DNA of 59,201 nucleotides, counting the filler, from Porpidia crustulata (lineage: Eukaryota): assembly GCA_964255105.1 (NCBI GenBank). It is 5 parts of 5 records of this genome, joined end to end, with 100 filler letters (N's around TTAATTAATTAA, not from the genome) between each part and the next. Parts side by side here need not be neighbours in the genome. Positions count along the whole stretch, not along the records: positions 23,759 to 35,511 come from CAXUWE010000605.1; positions 35,612 to 47,364 come from CAXUWE010000606.1; 3 more parts are not named here. One strand, written 5' to 3'. The position numbers and the translations under genes were made by a program. Under the pieces are notes generated by a model. It did not search any database. It saw only the letters and a program-made list of their open reading frames with translations, and was not told the origin of the DNA. Positions within the stretch are counted from its first letter, which is position 1, and each line of letters starts with the position of its first letter. This document shows positions 25,526 through 38,600 of the stretch, one piece after another.

Positions 25526-27150
25526 CTTGGCGGTGATTAAAACTCAATGAGTTCTTCAACTTTGACGTAGAACGATATCCGAAGAGGTCTGTACACTGTT
25601 CAACGCTTAAGTGAAGGAGGTAAGGCAAGAGAAAGAGGTGGGCAGCGTTTGTATATTGATTGGATAGATGACGCTAGCTGTGAAACGCCGAAATGTGCTG
25701 GCTATCACAATATCCAAATATTATGATTTATGATTTGACCTATGACATGTGACATATTTGTTATTGCATCACTGCGCTTCCGATGAATGAAAATTTATCA
25801 CCGTCCTACCTGATCGGAATTTTCACCCTACCAATGCACAGTTAAAAATCCATTCACTCTTGCCGCTACGTTCCGGGCATCGTGATATTTCCTAGGTTAC
25901 AACTGTGGAGAATGAAGCATTCCAGAATATGACTCCTGGAGTGCTCACTCCGATTTTTCCGGTCTTGTATACAAGCAAAAGTCGAATCCCATTTTCTTGA
26001 TGCATTTCAATTATCCGTAATCAGCCGAGACCAAAGCTCAGTGCTATTTCGTTCTTCTTGCGGTCAGGCCTTGAAGCTCTCAGAGTAGATTAATCATCCC
26101 GTCATTGACAGATGCATGTGGTGAGGTATAGCGTCACTAAGCCTTGCAGCTAAATCCCTGTTTTTGCAGAACCGAAGACGCTAAGGGCTGGTCCTCCCGC
26201 CTAAGGAAGCTTGAGTGGACGTACCTATCCTGGTCGATCAACGCCTAATGTGCAAATAACCGGCTCGCCGCTTTCATATTCGAAGATTGTCAGCGTGATT
26301 CGAGATGAGGCTTGTTCATCAAGACCTGACGAGTGGCTGGAGAGCGAGCGCAAAACCTGTGAACATTTTGCTACTCTGTCAATGGATGAGGTCATGACGA
26401 AGTATCTCGAACGTTCCCCTCATATTCGGAAACGGCACATCGAAGCTCACGAGGTCTCCATGTTGCTTTTTCGAATTACTAAACGCATGTCTTTTCTTCC
26501 ATGTGCTATCCAATCCACCAAGCAACTTGCAGGTGGTGCTTAACTTGCAGATTTTTCCGTCGCAAGGTCATGAGGTCTCTTGCTTCCTCTAATGCCAACC
26601 TAACGAGGTATAGCTCCCCCCCAAATCACTTTAATATCGCAAAACGGCTGCATCCGCAAGCCGAATCAAATCAGATGAAAGGAAAGTGGCGTCGATCCAC
26701 CGTGGTCCGCTTCCAGGTCTTCCTATTGGCCGCCATGCAAAGAGCAAGTTTTGCACGATACTTGGCAGCGAAATGAGCTTGCGCTACATCTGGGGCGTGA
26801 CCTGCTACTAATGAACGTCAGATTTTCAGGACCTTGTTAGATGCGCTCGATCCGGAATGGACATCGACGCTACTGTGGTGCATGTTGAAAAGTGATTGTA
26901 GGGTGGCGAGAGACTTGGAATCGACAATTTGTAAGTCGGGAGAACGTCCTAGTCACCAATGGCATTGATTGTTGAAGCGGCGACGAGCCATTATAGTAGC
27001 CCTAGATGGTCATGTGAAATTTTGATCTATACGAAACGCTATTGACGGAGTGTATTGGTTGAAATACTTTCTTCAATTACCGAAAGGAGATGAAGGAAAA
27101 GCTAAATATATACAAATTATGTCCTGGACAGTACTTTACAGACAATTATA

Positions 27151-28986
27151 TTATCTCCATACGCCTCCGCCTAGCCCTTCGAGCATATTGAATCTGTATG
27201 CAATGCTAATCATCAACAACGCCAACACCAACAATGCAATATGAACATTAGAGAGTAGCGGTAACGTATGTAATCTATCAATCTCTCGTATCTCCTTCTT
27301 GCTCGTGGCGCTACCGGCGACCGTCCATGGGGCTGCCATACTGAAGTCCTGGAGCACTTGCGAACTCGTAATCTTGCTACCCGCAAGAACGATTGGAATA
27401 CCGGTCCCAGGATGCGTTGATGCGCCGACGAAGTGTAATTTGTTAATTGAAGGATGTTTCGTAGACGGTCGGAATGAGAGGACATTGAAGAAGCTGTGAC
27501 TGAGCCCTAGAATGGCGCCCTTGTCCAGGTTGAACACGTCCTTCCAGCTTTGCGGCGTGTTGACGATTTCCTTAACCAGCGCTTGATGTAGTCCCCGAGC
27601 TCCAGTGCGAGCCTCGATAGTCGAGAACACTGTGTTTCGTGCTTTTGTGACCATGGCTTCCCAATCTTGCTTACTCTGCACCTCAACCCCTTTGCCCTCG
27701 TTTTCGTCTAGAAGATGCCCAACAGGGACAAGGACAACGATGGAGTCCTTTCCATCTGGCGAAGCAGTGGGATCAATCCTAGATGGCACGTTGACATAGA
27801 ATGATGGCTGTTGTGGGATCAGCTGCAGCTTGAAGATATCGTCAAAAGATTCGCGGTAGTCGTCGGCAAGGAAAATGTTGTGTGTGGTCAATTCTGGGAT
27901 CTTGCGATCCATAGCCCAGTAGAAAGAGATAGAACTACAGCTTCCCTCTCGCTTGGAAAGAGACTTTGCCTGTGATGAGGGAGGCAGGAGATTGTTGTAG
28001 GCGTAGACTAGATCGGCGTTCATGACCACAACGTCGGCATCCATTGATTCGCCAGTACTCAGGGTTACTCCTGTAGCGCGGCAGCCTTTTGGATCAAGAT
28101 TCACCTTGGCCACTGAAGTTGAGAGGCGGTAAGTGACACCAAAACGTTCTCCGACTTTGACAAGTGCCTCTATGACCCTGTGGAACCCCCCTTTAGGATA
28201 CCATATACCCTCAGCAAGCTCTGTATACTGCAGAAGAGAGTATGTTCCAGGCGCATCGAACGGAGACATCCCCATGTACATGCTGCCAAAAGTAAAGACT
28301 CGGCGGAGACGCTCGGTCCAGAAGTACTTCGACGCTCGAGAGTAGATGCTCTCAAATGGATGGAGGGCGAATAAGTGTCGAAGAAAGCCAGGCCGCGCCA
28401 TGGAGAAGAGAGAAGTGAAATTCTTTCTGAGCACTTGGGTAACACTGATCTCATAATGGCGATGAGCTTCTTGGAGAAATCCCAAATAACGCTCGAAGCC
28501 ATCTTTGCCTTCCCATTTCTCCACTTCAGTCTTCATCCGAGCCACGTCCGTAGAGAGCTCAAACATCTCGCCATCGCTGAACCATAAATTGTAATTGGGT
28601 TCGCATTTCATCAACTCTACTCCTTCCGCTTCTAGAGACGTATCGAGATCATAGAATGCTTCACGGAAGAGATGAGGGAGAAGTAGGAGCGAGGGACCTT
28701 GGTCGAAGCGCTATGGTTATGTCAGTGGGTTGGGAGATCGGCCACCGATATCTTCTTACGTAGCCATCATGGTGTATCAGAGAGCATCTCCCTCCGGTGA
28801 ATCCATTTTTCTCAAAGACTGTGACCTTAAAGCCAGCCTTTGCAAGCCGGGCGGCTGTTGCAACCCCACCGACGCCGGCACCTGTGATGAGGCCATGTCA
28901 GAGAGCTTGGGGATTTGACAGAATCGCGATAACATGGCTAGCATACCGACAACGATGGCAGTCTTTCGAGCTGGTTTCTCACTCAT
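27151..28986 (-). CDS. carB: Phytoene desaturase, CrtI-type (exons 28986-28947, 28881-28760, 28710-27151)
   Basis: FAD motif IVVGAGVGG, GGRCSLIHHDGYRFDQGPSLLL, SPFDAPGTYSLLQYTE, VGASTHPGTGIPIVLAGSK, and a C-terminal TM helix. Confidence 0.95.
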
Positions 28987-29066
28987 GGCATATCTAAAGT
29001 CACAAAGACATTTTTCACATGTTGATATATAATGGGAAGGACTCTTGCACTAGTGAGAGAAGTCCC

Positions 29067-29082
29067 AATGACGTCCGTCATT
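29067..29082. promoter_or_regulatory. Inverted repeat AATGACG-TC-CGTCATT containing CRE/ATF-like half sites, about 80 bp upstream of the carB ATG
   Basis: Perfect 7-bp arms read directly; function is inferred. Confidence 0.4.
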
Positions 29083-29302
29083 CCATTCTAGAATTACAGT
29101 CTATCTCTCTACAATGATCCTCGGATGATAATGATCCATCGGACGTTTTCACGGTTTGAATCATAATATTTAGCAAACATCATACAGCTTCGGCTTTTAC
29201 ACTATGAACAAAGTGGTATCTCAGCTATGTACAGGTTGCGCTTAGCGAAGCATTTTTTCCAACTTTTCTGCTCTTCGAGCAATCATATTTACACATGCTT
29301 AC

Positions 29303-31218
29303 TTATTGGTTAAGAGCTTTCCATGCAACCCTTATTCTCCTCAGCTTAGGAACTGTGGCCCGACCTGCCTTGATTTTATATCCTGGGTTGCGAAGCACTC
29401 TCCCAATCTCTACGTAGCTTTCGACCGCTACTCGCATTGGACCTCGGGCCTCAACAGGTAACTGTTCGATGGCATTTTTTGCACTGGTATAAATATGGAA
29501 TGCGCTGTCAAGAAGGCGTTGCCTTAAATCCTCAGCTCGGTGGCTGACAGGGTCCGCGAGAACATCTTCTGGAACCATATGTACATTTTCAAGCCAGGTT
29601 GTTGGAAGATACACGCGCTTATTTAAAGCATCGACCGCTATGTCTCGTGCAATGTTGACATATTGTAGTGCAATGCCCATTCGAGCACCTGCGTGAACGA
29701 TATGCTGGCGAACGCTTTCGTGAGTAATCATGGTAGTGTGGTAGTATACAAGCTCAATGCATAATTCTGCAACTGTGCCAGCAACTCGGGAGCCATAGAC
29801 CTCTAACGCGGTCTCGTCCTTAATCGGAAACGGGTTGTTGGAGGATGCAAAATGTAGATCTGTCTCAAAGCCCTTCAATAGGTCGTATAGAGGAATAGGG
29901 GAGAGATACGATGTTGGGAGTAGTATGAGAGCAGTGCGGGCATCCCGCGGGAAAGTAGCTGTAATGAATTCTTCCCGTGACGCAAGCTTTTCAGTGGCTT
30001 CTTTGTCATAGGCAATATCCAAGAACTTGGTGAGTTGATGAATCCAGTGGTGTGCTTCCCCCAGGGTGACGGCATTGTCGACGAGATCATCTGCAACGCG
30101 ACAGAAAGAGTATAGCAGGATCATGTCGATTCGCAGGCGTCCCTGGAAAACCCCACTGGCGAGATAGAAACTTCTGCTTTTAGCCCTAAGACATACTAGT
30201 GCCTGCTGGAGACCCTCTATCCGAGTGTCAACGTAGGCGTTGCTAGGGATGAGGAGGGCATGTACAAGGAGTCTTGGCGACGGTAGGCTAGGTACCAGGG
30301 GAAAGAGAGATGGAAAGGCTTGAAGGATGGCCAAGGCGTTATCGAAGGCGATCAAACCAAAGACTATGAGGACGTTCGTGACCAGGAAAAATATAGCTTC
30401 TTCGATTTCTAGTCCATCCCAGACCTGCAGACTGTATTTAGTACCTGACTCAATGACCCAAGTACCGCGCCTTAATGCAAAAGTATCGACCACCCAGAGA
30501 TACACCGTCGGCAATGCGATCGGCAAGAGTGTGTTCGAAAGGGGGAGCTCCAGTATGAGTTGATGTGCCAGAGTCCTAAGGAAAATTAGCAGGGTATTTT
30601 TGCAGGAATGTTGAAACTATACCAGAGCAGTAACACGAACGGCCCAGCCCACACGAGTATTAAACCCATGTAGAGCCCTTCACCATGGTTCCAGACCATA
30701 GAAGTGCCAGATACTATCGCAGCTATGATTGCCAATGTGCCGAGCCATTTCCCCAGTCGCAATCGAAATCCTGAAGAGAGCAACCTCTGCCCTCGGAGGT
30801 AGACAGGATGAAAAGTGGGCTTGCTGATTATTAAGTAAATTAGAGAGGTGTTGTATGTTTGAATGACAAAGAAGAAGATTTCTTCTGCTGGAATTTTGAA
30901 AAGAGTTGGTCCTATTATAACATTGCTTGGATATGTCCAAATTCGGTTGTGTATTAGGTAGGAGTCCCAAGGTATTGTCGAGAAGACCGCAATCTGAAAG
31001 CTGTAAGTAAGTGAACCCCGAGAGCCTGTTGTATCGTGAACTTACGGCTACTAGAAAAAGGATCTTATATGCGTCGATGCTTGTCCATAGTGGATAGAAA
31101 AAGACGGTCAAAGCTATTGCTGGGGGGATCGTGTATTGCAAATGGCTATAAATTTCGTTAGAGCAGGCTTGGAGCAGAGAAGATTTATCCCTTACACCAA
31201 TGCATAATCGTAACCCAT
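29303..31218 (-). CDS. carRA: Bifunctional lycopene cyclase / phytoene synthase (exons 31218-31196, 31145-31046, 30993-30623, 30575-29303)
   Basis: N-terminus MGYDYALVHLQYTIPPA. Cyclase domain motifs TIPWDSYLI and IPAEEIFFFVIQT. Synthase motifs KSRSFYLAS, YSFCRVADDLVD, LQYVNIARDI, GRATVPKLRRI. Confidence 0.95.
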
Positions 31219-31883
31219 CTCTTGAGATCATTGAGGCGAGGAAACTGCTGGATTCCTCCTCTGATATACTTGATGTACTTGGAAAGCGGGGAATGGCCAG
31301 GGGGAGGAAGGCAACAACAGTATCTTGGCCCTTACGGATGTTGAACGGGTTCTGAAAAACCCTCCGACCACAAAAATTTTGACTTCTGTTGATTTTGGCG
31401 ACGGCGACACTCCCGTTGGCGGCGAAAAGAGCGTGGATGTTTGCTTGAAGGCAAGTACTTTGTTCAATCGTGACGTTTGGATTGCTTGTAAAAGCAGCGT
31501 TGGCTCAAGTTGGCGCGCATACAGTTCCCGAGCTTGGGCCGAGAATACATGACATCACTGGGAGTACAAGATCTCGCGAAAGAGCTGTCAAAATTCTCGA
31601 GGCTAAAGGTACATGAGAAACCTTAAAATCATCCAATCGATTTCTAAAGGACTTCCGTTGATGTCCTATCAACCCGTGACTGTCTCTATCTTCACATGCA
31701 ATTCTGCCCGTCACGATTGCCTGTCATGTATCATAGTGTGACATTCACCAATTCCGGGTGTGGAAAGCCTCAACGGGAATTTGGAAATTGACATCGTAGG
31801 GAATCTTGATGGTCCACTATGGTAGTCTCTGAAGCATTTAAATCCTATACTACTTTGACAAATCGTAACCTTATTTCACCATC

Positions 31884-33979
31884 ATGGTAAGAGCCACGAA
31901 GAAGACAAGAGAGCGCCCTCATCCGTAAGATTCTTAGTCGTGTTGATCCCATGCTTGGTACTTAAGATACGTAGATATCTATCAGGCAATTTTGCACCGA
32001 TCCACAGTGTGCAGCCCTTGACGCGCTGCGAATACTCTGGGATTCTTCCAGAGGACCTCGCTGGTGGCGAGTATGTTCGCAATGGGGGAAATCCGGTCAC
32101 AAACGAGGCACTGGGTCGAGACGCCCATTGGTTTGACGGAGATGGCATGCTTAGTGGAGTTGCCTTCCGACGCGACAATGAGAAAGGCACTTTTCAGCCG
32201 GAATTTGTCAATCAATACGTCTTGACAGACGTATACCTATCAACCGTGACTTCTCCAAAGCTCGAAACGCCCATTTTACCAAGTATCACGACTCTGGTCA
32301 ATCCCTTGAGCTCCCTAATAACAATCATTCTTCGTATCTTCCGCACTCTTGCATTGGTCACATTATCGCACCTGCCGGGGTCAAAGCAAGCAATAAAAAA
32401 GATTAGTGTTGCAAATACTTCTATCCTCTATCACGACGGGCGTGCTTTAGCAACATGTGAAAGCGGACCACCAATGCGAGTGATGCTACCTGATCTTCAA
32501 ACAGTTGGATGGTTTAATGGCAGAAAAGTCGAAGGGGAGAGTGATGCCAGCTCTACTGCTTGGGTGGCCGAAGGAGAATGTCTCGATACTGCTCCTGGGT
32601 TTGGAGGAACAGGAATGCTCAGCTTTATGAAGGAATGGACGACCGCACATCCTCGCGTTGATCCTAAAACCTTCGAGCTGCTCCTTTTCCATTCGACATT
32701 TGCGCCGCCATACATACACTATTCCGTCGTTGCTCCAACTAACGTTCGAGATGAGAAAAAGCTGCGCCAAGCACATAGCGCCATATTTAATACTCCAGTC
32801 CCCGGCGTAGAGTCCGCAAAAATGATGCATGACTTCGGAGTTTCCAGTGGCCACACCATCATAATGGATCTCCCCCTTTCTCTTGATCCTTTAAACCTTG
32901 CAAAAGGTAAGCCGGTGGTGGCTTATGATCCGACACAAGACTCACGTTTTGGTGTTTTCCCGCGTTATAAGCCAGAAAAGATCTGTTGGTACGAAACAAA
33001 TGCCTGCTGCATTTTCCACACAGCGAATTCTTGGGACTCCGTTGTCAGCGAGTCAAGACATGGGCAGCAAGATTTGAAAGCTGTAAACATGCTGGCTTGT
33101 CGATTGACGTCTGCTTCCCTCGTATTCAGTGCTGGTGATTTGGCGGCACCGATCCCCACTCATCGCCTGCCAGCTCGGAATCAAGAGGAGGAACAATGTC
33201 GCCTGTACTATTATCAATTCATCATACCGCCAGATCCAACGCGCTTCAGACAGCAACCTATTAGAACCGGCGCTGCCGTTGAACCACCTTACACCGCACC
33301 TCCAATCGAGCATCAATGGGCCCTCGCAGCTATACCTTTCGAATTTCCTTGTCTCCGGGATTCTGCTTCCATGTCCGCTGCAAGATATGTTTATGGCTGC
33401 TCGGTATCTGGTTCCTCGTTTGGAGCTGCACTTGGCCGAGCCACCAAGATCAATTCGCTAGTCAAGATTGATGTAAAGTCGCTGATCGAACAGGGCCGGA
33501 GCAACCCACCGACCCCGATTACTGGATGTGTCGATACACGAAGTATAGCAGAGATCCTAGCGAGTAAGGATCCAATGGATCCTATCAAAGTCTTCATGAT
33601 GCCGCAGGGATTTTATGCACAAGAGCCACGTTTTGTACCTCGAAAAAATGGCGTCGGCGAGGATGATGGATGGCTCCTCAGTTATGTCTTTGATGAGTCT
33701 CAGCTCGGTGAGGACGGTGAATGTCGGCCAGGATCCAAAAGCGAATTATGGGTAATCAACGCAAGAAATATGACCAACATTGTAGCAACTGTCCAACTCC
33801 CGCAGAGAGTACCTTATGGCTTACACGGGACCTGGTTCCCAGAGGAACAGATACTGAGTCAAAGGCCCGTAGATCGGCTGAGGACTATGCCAAACGTAGA
33901 CGAACGTCCAAGTCCCTCGTCCCCACTATGGAAGATGTGGATGAAAGCACGGGAAAGTCTGGATACCTGGCTGGCCTGA
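31884..33979 (+). CDS. carX: Carotenoid cleavage dioxygenase, retinal-forming CarX-like (exons 31884-31924, 31975-33979)
   Basis: HPYLSGNFAP, YVRNGGNP, HWFDGDGM. The four Fe-binding His are in TTAHP, MMHDF, IFHTAN and YGLHG. Also EPRFVPR/EDDGWL. Divergent from carRA. Confidence 0.93.
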
Positions 33980-34913
33980 GTTAAAATTACTCTGAGCTAT
34001 CGTACCTCTTCCGTTCCCGATATCGACAAGTTCAAAAATCTACCGGAACGATTACCTCAGCTTCGAACGAAATACCATCGATAAGCCGTCACGGCATTGT
34101 TGCGTTGCTCTATAGCTATGCGCATGTTAACACCAGGTTCTGGTTCACAGTTTGCACACGCCGGATTAGATGGCTTTCGAAGAGCATAGTAGATGTACAA
34201 CTTGGGCGAAATGTCCTGCCCCTATCCAGGCTTCAATGGGATCCAGTACGTGTTAATGGACGCAAGAAATACCATGAATTGCTAGCTGACAGCAGCCAAC
34301 TACCTTGTCACCAGTATTGTAATTCACCTCCTAACATCTTTCGCTGGATTGACTTTTAGGTCTAGTGAGATGAACTTGTCTCCTACTTTTCGTCGGAAAG
34401 GAATTGGCTAACCTTCGAGCAGCTATTCTATTAGAAGAGTATTGCTCATTCCAATACTACTTGTACCTGATTTAATAGGTAAACCGACGAGCTTTGCTCT
34501 GAGCTCTAGATACGCTTAAACCACCAACATCCACATATAACCATAGACTTTGTTCACTTGGGTCACCTCGTATATTCTGAATGCTTAGCATGACCTACCC
34601 TCAATTCAAAAGATACCTTACCCATAGTTTGCCATTCCTTCCTTGAACAACACCTCTATCATCTGACATTTCCTTATTCTACCACGTGGCCAACTCCCTC
34701 TCTACGAAATTCACAACTGATCATGTTACCGCTCGCCATCACAATGACTTCCCTTACAAGCAGCCTCTTTCAACGTGGTCCATAACCAAATTCCTGCGTA
34801 ATCCTCTCATCCTCTCTTCTTCCAATCCCAATCCCTTTTTTACTGTTGAAACCGTCCAAATCGCCTCGTCCTCCACATTTAGGACTTCCCTAACACGTTC
34901 ATCAAACTCCAAT

Positions 34914-35486
34914 ATGCAGCTCCACCATTTGCTTGCACGTGTTCTCGTTCATCTCCTCGCCCTCTGCACCATCACGCACGCCATGCCCGTCCCGGGAACC
35001 ATGCACACCGATTTTAAGCGCGATCTAGGTAATTCCATTGCCTACAATGACAAAGCATGCTCATCAAGCCGAGGAAACTGAAGAAGTTTCCTAGAAACCA
35101 TTGCGTTGGAAACCGAACCTGTTGGAAAAGTCAAAGACGACCTCCATACGCTGCTATCCCACTTCCACCTCCCGGCCGAAGGCCTCGATTACCCCTCCAC
35201 TACTCTATCGCGGCGCTCGGCAGGTTATACGACACTAATCTTTGTTACTCAACTCAAGTGCAGAGTTACTAACCCATCTCTAGAGCTTTTCGATCTCCCG
35301 TCCTTCAACGACTTTCCCCTATCAGCCCGTGAAGCCCCGAGCAACAACCAAAATGACATATCGTTGGAGTCAATGGGCAAGAGAGACATGGATCTGAACA
35401 CCGCGGTTTGGGACGCGATGCCGACGTTGGAGAAGGGAGGGTGGGAGGCTTTTGTGAGAATGTTCAAGGAGGAAATGGGGGAGTGA
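34914..35486 (+). CDS. Small secreted protein (148 aa) with Kex2-type basic sites (exons 34914-35028, 35095-35223, 35284-35486)
   Basis: Signal-peptide-like MQLHHLLARVLVHLLALCTITHA-MP. Two GT..AG introns (the second with a CTAAC branch site) give one frame. Basic sites FKR, SRR, SAR and GKR. Confidence 0.65.
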
Positions 35487-35511
35487 GGTGGATGCGGAAG
35501 TGGTAGGGGAG

Positions 35512-35611
35512 NNNNNNNNNNNNNNNNNNNNNNNNNNNNNNNNNNNNNNNNNNNNTTAATTAATTAANNNNNNNNNNNNNNNNNNNNNNNNNNNNNNNNN
35601 NNNNNNNNNNN
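35512..35611. other. Assembly gap with artificial spacer
   Basis: N-run plus TTAATTAATTAA. Confidence 0.98.
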
Positions 35612-38600
35612 GTGATGCTAGATCTAGGGGGCGTTTGTGGGAAGTGTGGTACCGAAATTGTTGATCGTGGACGGGAGTCTTTTCAAGGCCCATGGTATTT
35701 GAGGGTCCGGATGCTGTGCTGGAGCGTGATATTGTAGTCATTTTCAACTCCTTCAAGCTCCCAGGTCCTCGCGCAGGCATATATCGGGGATTAGATCGGC
35801 CATATATATTTCCCAGAAGGGCGAAGCAGAGCTTCGAGGCGAAATGAAGTTGAGGTAGATGATTGGAAGAACTTCGATAGGCTGAGAAATGGAAATGGTG
35901 GGTAAACCAAGCATCCGTGGAGGCAATTGAGTCTCATAAAGAAGGCACTACAGACACTTGAGTCGTTGCCGAAAACATCTTTGTGTGGTAATATTCCTGC
36001 TTCGACGTCCGCTGCCGACAAAGTCATCCAATCTTGCAGACAGTATCTATCCCGCTCGTAACCTTGCAGATGTCGACTGGTCTAATTTTGGTGAAACCAT
36101 GCTGATATTGACGTCAAGATTCGACTAGCATTGTATCACACCTCCCTCTCAATCCACTAGAAGTATACATACCTTCAAAATCTGACGATTACATCCGGCT
36201 GTTCGAAAACACACAATGCCTAATCAGCATAGATCCGATAGTCTTCCAAGCTTCCACAGCCGTCATAATGGAAAATCCGCCTGGTGATGTGCCCTAGGAG
36301 AGACAACGTACAGTCCCGGCGTTCCGAATCAATACCTATCAGAACACCGACGAGCTCGAGCTACCCAAGCCTCTCAAATGGCTCTGTTTCTTTTGTGCGT
36401 CTATAAAGCGATTGCGAGATTGCGTGATCCCAGGTCGATCATCAGACTCTTATTTCCTCCTATGAGAATCAGCGAGATCAGCAGCAAGTAGGTTTGATAT
36501 TTAGGGAGCGGTGCAGCAGGCTGGAGCAACTCGGTGCGTCTGTCATGCGTTGTCGGAGAATTTGTCAGAGAGGAGGGGGACTGGGAATATGGGGAACGTG
36601 GTTTCGTGGGGTTGAAGGTTGGAGTTCGGGGAGTCTCGGTCGTACAGGCTGCATATGAATGATGAATGCTGCAAAAACAAGCCACTGTCTTAGTTGCCAA
36701 CGTGTTTTTAATGGTTGGCCGTCTTCATTGCCCAAATTTTCGGCAGAGGAGCTGCTTGATTGTCGTAGGAGTGCGTCCTGAGTGTCCAAGGTTGCTGGTG
36801 GCTCAATCGTTACACCTGCAGAATCTAGAAATCGGGAAGAGAAAACCAAGATTGTCTACGAGATGGGTTGGATCTGCTGATGATCAGTGGTCAACGAAAA
36901 GACAATGGCTCTTCTGATGGGTTAGAATTCCCTACGACCATGGCAACTCGGCAAGAGTGGAGGTTTTAATGTCCTGCAAAGTGGTAGCTTTGTAAGATTG
37001 GCATTGACAATCAATGGTGGGAATATCCATCTGCTCATCATGTTGAGGGGGTTCGAGCTCGCAATAGAACAGTCATGACGGCCCTCGAACACCATAGCCG
37101 GTCAATCAATCTTCCATACGGACGGCCATCACAGCTCTTCTCAGGTGAGATCTCAAAGGCCTGCCCACGGAATCCCATAGCCCGCTAAGCTCCTACGTAT
37201 GGACGCAATATTTTCAGGATTCAGGGAGGTACCGTTAGGTACCGTTGGCCGTGGGAGCCAGATGGAGTAGATCTCCTGTCTCTTATCTCTTGCTAAATTC
37301 TGTAACTCATTGCGCTCTAGAAAGCCAATACACTCTTTTGCCTTTGAATACTCGCCTTGTCACCCACTTATCCTACTGCTTTGCCATGTCCAGGCAGCTA
37401 TGTCGTGCATGATGTAATCAAAAAGACGTTGTTGCGGCTCTGCCACACTACAGCGTATGCACTGTCATCTGTACGACATAACGGTACATACATGGTACAG
37501 GCTTCGGAAGTAGAGTTTCATACTTTGCCGGCGACTGCGACTAGCACTCTCAGTATGAGTAGATCAGATTCTTCAAGGCATCATGTAGACTCACTGCTCC
37601 AACTACTGCTGCTCTCATTTACCATACTAACCAATTCAAGATTGATTGGCAGGTACGTACCTCCCTTGATGTTTGTTGACATTTCTCTCATCGATTCTCT
37701 TTGTTGGGGGACGAACAGTGGAAACGGTGGAAACAGTAGCCGAGAAGAGGGGTCGTCAGCACCCACCATCCACCACCCACCATAACTAATAAGTTAACAA
37801 CCATAAGGGCGGCCGATCTCTGCAGCATCACCGTTTTCTGTCCAGCAAATAATGCGATAGAGCCAATCTAGTCTGGGAGCCAATCACCTCACCAATCACC
37901 CATGGGAGACAGGGGAATCACAAATGGTGGTGTGAGCAGCTAGCTTAGTGCAACGATCCCAGTTCATTGCTAACAGATAGAGCTAGTACCGCGCCGTAAA
38001 AGGATTCTTCGTGGGATGTGAGTGGTCAGTGGCTTGCCTTATGAAGCGCTCACGGATTCGAACTGGGGGGAGGAGGGGAGGACTCCGAACGACGTGGTCA
38101 GTGATCATTGGCTGGGAAGGTTAAACCCTGGTATCTTCTTGTGGTCCAGGTTTGCTCATCAAAGTAACACTGGAAAAATCCTCGAGATCGGAGCCCATCG
38201 GAAGGATTCTGACGAGTTGCATGTAACGACAATCGCTAGCTTGAATTTCTCGCGCCTCGATAACGTCAATCACTGACTATGTTCTGATACAAGCGACGGC
38301 CGCATCTGGATTGAATCTTGGATGAAAAAGGAAAAAGGGATTTCAGCGCCGCTCTCTTCGGCAGTAACCTCCCTCGGGGAGCGGGTCACACTTGCATATG
38401 CAACAGCGGCTTGGTGCAGGCGAAATCTGACCACTCACAGCGCAGATGCCGTTGAGGAAGAAAAGAGGCTAGAGGTGTATCTGGCGTAGGGATGGGCTAC
38501 GACACCTTCCATTGGGGAGGGATAGGTGGGTCGCTGGCCGTGGCTTATTCTGTTATCAGGATAAAGAGGTCCACTGACAATAGAAAAGGAAGAGAGCGAT

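Noticed and set aside
35612..36300. Minus-strand gene fragment next to the gap
   Set aside because: In-frame stops and no recognisable motif.
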